Assembly: GCA_050010555.1 (NCBI GenBank)
Contig: JBEKKV010000005.1
Span: forward strand, 4,695 to 68,694
Direction: 5' to 3'
From: Dehalococcoidia bacterium
GTDB taxonomy: Bacteria; Chloroflexota; Dehalococcoidia; DSTF01; JALHUB01
Length of the DNA: 64,000 nucleotides
Shown here: piece by piece, positions 62,503 through 64,000 of the stretch
Layout of the letters: each line of letters starts with the position of its first letter
Numbering within the stretch: the stretch's first letter is position 1
Notes under the pieces: model-generated
Seen by the model: only the letters and a program-made list of their open reading frames with translations
Told to the model about the DNA's origin: nothing
The model's database searches: none
Program-made: the position numbers and the translations under genes

Positions 62503-64000
62503 TTGTCTAACGATTCGTCGCCTGATCCTGCAGGCACAAGCAGCGAGGGTTACCAGGACATGGCAACCCTGTTAGAAGCGGAGTCCCTGGAGTACAAGAG
62601 TCTTCGACGCGGCGATATTCTTGAGGGAGTAGTAGTTGGCTCCGACCGCGACGGGATGGTGGTGGACGTCGGGACGAAGTCAGAGGGCATCGTCCCACCC
62701 AGCGAAATGCATTCCCTGGGGCCGAACATCGAGGAATGGCCCAAGAGCGGCGACCACATCCTCGTGTACGTCATGCAGCCGGAGACGCCGGAGGGGCAGG
62801 TGCTCCTCTCGCTCGACCGGGCGCGCGGCGAAAAGGGATGGCGCGTCCTCCAGCAACGCTTCGACGAAGGCGAGAGCTTTGAAGTGACCGTAAACGGCCA
62901 CAACAAGGGCGGCCTGCTGGTCAACGTCGAAGGCGTGCACGGCTTCATCCCCTTCTCGCAGTCCGTCAGCGCCCAGTCGCCGGCGGAAGGCGAGGAGACC
63001 GATGCGCCGGCGGAAGCGGTCGTCGGTCGGACCTTGCTGGTCAAAGTGATCGAGATCAACCGCGCCCGCAACCGCGTCATCCTCTCCGAAAGGGCGGCGA
63101 TGCAGGACTGGCGGGCGCTGCAGAAGGACCGCCTGCTGGACGAGCTGCAAGAGGGCGAAGTGCGGAAGGGCAGGATAAGCAGCATCCGCAGCTTCGGCGT
63201 TTTCGTGGACCTTGGGGGAGCGGACGGCCTTGCGCACCTGTCGGAGCTGTCTTGGGAGCGGGATAGAACGCCGGAAGAGCTGTATCGCGTCGGCCAGGAG
63301 GTCGACGTGTACGTGATGAAGGTCGATCAGGAGGCGAAGAAGATTGCCCTCAGCATTAGGCGGGCGCAGCCTGAAAGATGGGAAGAGATTGTCGATAAGT
63401 ATAGCGTCGGCCAGATCGTAACGGGCACCATAACAAAGCTCGTCACCTTCGGCGCCTTCGCCCGCATCGAAGGTCCGGTGGAAGGTCTGGTGCACGTATC
63501 GGAGCTGGTGAACCGGCGGATCGCGCATCCGCGCGAGGTCGTGAAAGAGGGCGACCAAGTGCCGCTGAAGATCGTCCGCATCGAGCGCGACCGGCAGCGA
63601 CTCGGCCTGAGCCTCCGGCAGGCGCGCGACGAGGCCGAAGACATGGGCTTCGTCTTCGACAAGGATGGTCGGGTGACCGGGCTGCCCGGCGGCGTAGCGC
63701 AGAAGGGCGCGACGAAGGTCGCCGCTGAAGGCGAAGAGGCGGCAGCGGAGGAGATCGTCGAGGCGGAGGCCGAAGCGCTGGTAGCCGAGGAGATTGTCGA
63801 AGCCGAGGCCGAAGCCCTGGTGGCCGAAGAGATTGTCGAAGCCGAGGCCGAAGCCCCGGTGGCCGAAGAGATTGTCGAAGCCGAGGCCGAAGCCCTGGTG
63901 GCCGAAGAGATCGCCATCATCGAAGAAGCGGTCGAACTAGAAGCGGAAGCCGTCGAAGTGATGGCGGCCATCGAAGAGGAGGAGGCCGAGGAAGCCGTCG
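62503..64000 (+). CDS. rpsA: 30S ribosomal protein S1-like, partial (four S1 domains plus an acidic repeat tail; 3' end beyond the window)
   Basis: Open frame from TTG 62503 (RBS AGGAGG 11 nt upstream) or ATG 62560 to the window end. Repeated S1 folds (GDILEGVVVGSDRDGMVVDVG, GEVRKGRISSIRSFGVFVDLG, GQIVTGTITKLVTFGAFARIEG). Absent from the track because it has no stop in the window. Confidence 0.75.
   Translation, partial: MSNDSSPDPAGTSSEGYQDMATLLEAESLEYKSLRRGDILEGVVVGSDRDGMVVDVGTKSEGIVPPSEMHSLGPNIEEWPKSGDHILVYVMQPETPEGQVLLSLDRARGEKGWRVLQQRFDEGESFEVTVNGHNKGGLLVNVEGVHGFIPFSQSVSAQSPAEGEETDAPAEAVVGRTLLVKVIEINRARNRVILSERAAMQDWRALQKDRLLDELQEGEVRKGRISSIRSFGVFVDLGGADGLAHLSELSWERDRTPEELYRVGQEVDVYVMKVDQEAKKIALSIRRAQPERWEEIVDKYSVGQIVTGTITKLVTFGAFARIEGPVEGLVHVSELVNRRIAHPREVVKEGDQVPLKIVRIERDRQRLGLSLRQARDEAEDMGFVFDKDGRVTGLPGGVAQKGATKVAAEGEEAAAEEIVEAEAEALVAEEIVEAEAEALVAEEIVEAEAEAPVAEEIVEAEAEALVAEEIAIIEEAVELEAEAVEVMAAIEEEEAEEAV
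63749..63916 (+). repeat. In-frame 39-nt tandem repeat (about 4.3 copies) encoding (EEIVEAEAEALVA)n in the S1 C-terminal tail
   Basis: GAGGAGAT(C/T)GTCGA(G/A)GC(G/C)GAGGCCGAAGC(G/C)CTGGT(A/G)GCC repeats at 63749, 63788, 63827 and 63866. Confidence 0.8.

Noticed and set aside
62550-63971. Three minus-strand ORFs (211, 292 and 214 aa)
   Set aside because: Antisense to the S1-domain gene. That gene is missing from the track only because it runs off the window end.

Overview
This is a high-GC (about 68-70%) bacterial chromosomal segment. I found no rRNA, tRNA, CRISPR, transposase or integrase signals. The ORF track uses GTG/TTG starts and omits ORFs that run off the window edge (a GT-C glycosyltransferase gene at 1..1118 and an S1-domain gene from 62503 to the end).

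Core genes:
- ilvD.
- A his sub-operon, hisH-lepB-hisA-hisF-hisI.
- rplU-rpmA-rpmE.
- The rod-shape cluster mreB-mreC-mreD-mrdA-rodA, and ligA.
- A methylmalonyl-CoA mutase, epimerase and MeaB cluster.
- thyX and an S1-domain ribosomal protein.

Accessory and unusual content:
- Two tandem, translationally coupled MscL-family channel proteins whose C-terminal helix is replaced by a Cys4 zinc ribbon.
- A glycosylation island with three tandem ArnT/PMT-like GT-C paralogs, a Dpm1/ArnC-like GT2 and a DUF2304 protein.
- A pair of lipoproteins built from 1 and 3 copies of an undescribed ~100-aa repeat domain.
- A promoter / SD / 15-codon ORF / hairpin / terminator mini-locus at 14498..14810.
- A 787-aa DUF362 protein with a canonical EF-hand, divergent from a class-E/F sortase.
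- Tandem Asp-less (atypical) LuxR-type response regulators next to a degenerate GGDEF protein.
- A lower-GC ~2.4 kb island (57240..59650) with duplicated promoter-like (R1) and ~64-nt (R2) repeats and paralogous small membrane proteins.
- An AbfD-type 4-hydroxybutyryl-CoA dehydratase with intact Fe-S ligands.
- rplU and hisA appear to initiate at ATT codons.

The recurring promoter consensus looks like TTGACA-N17/18-TAGACT or TATACT.
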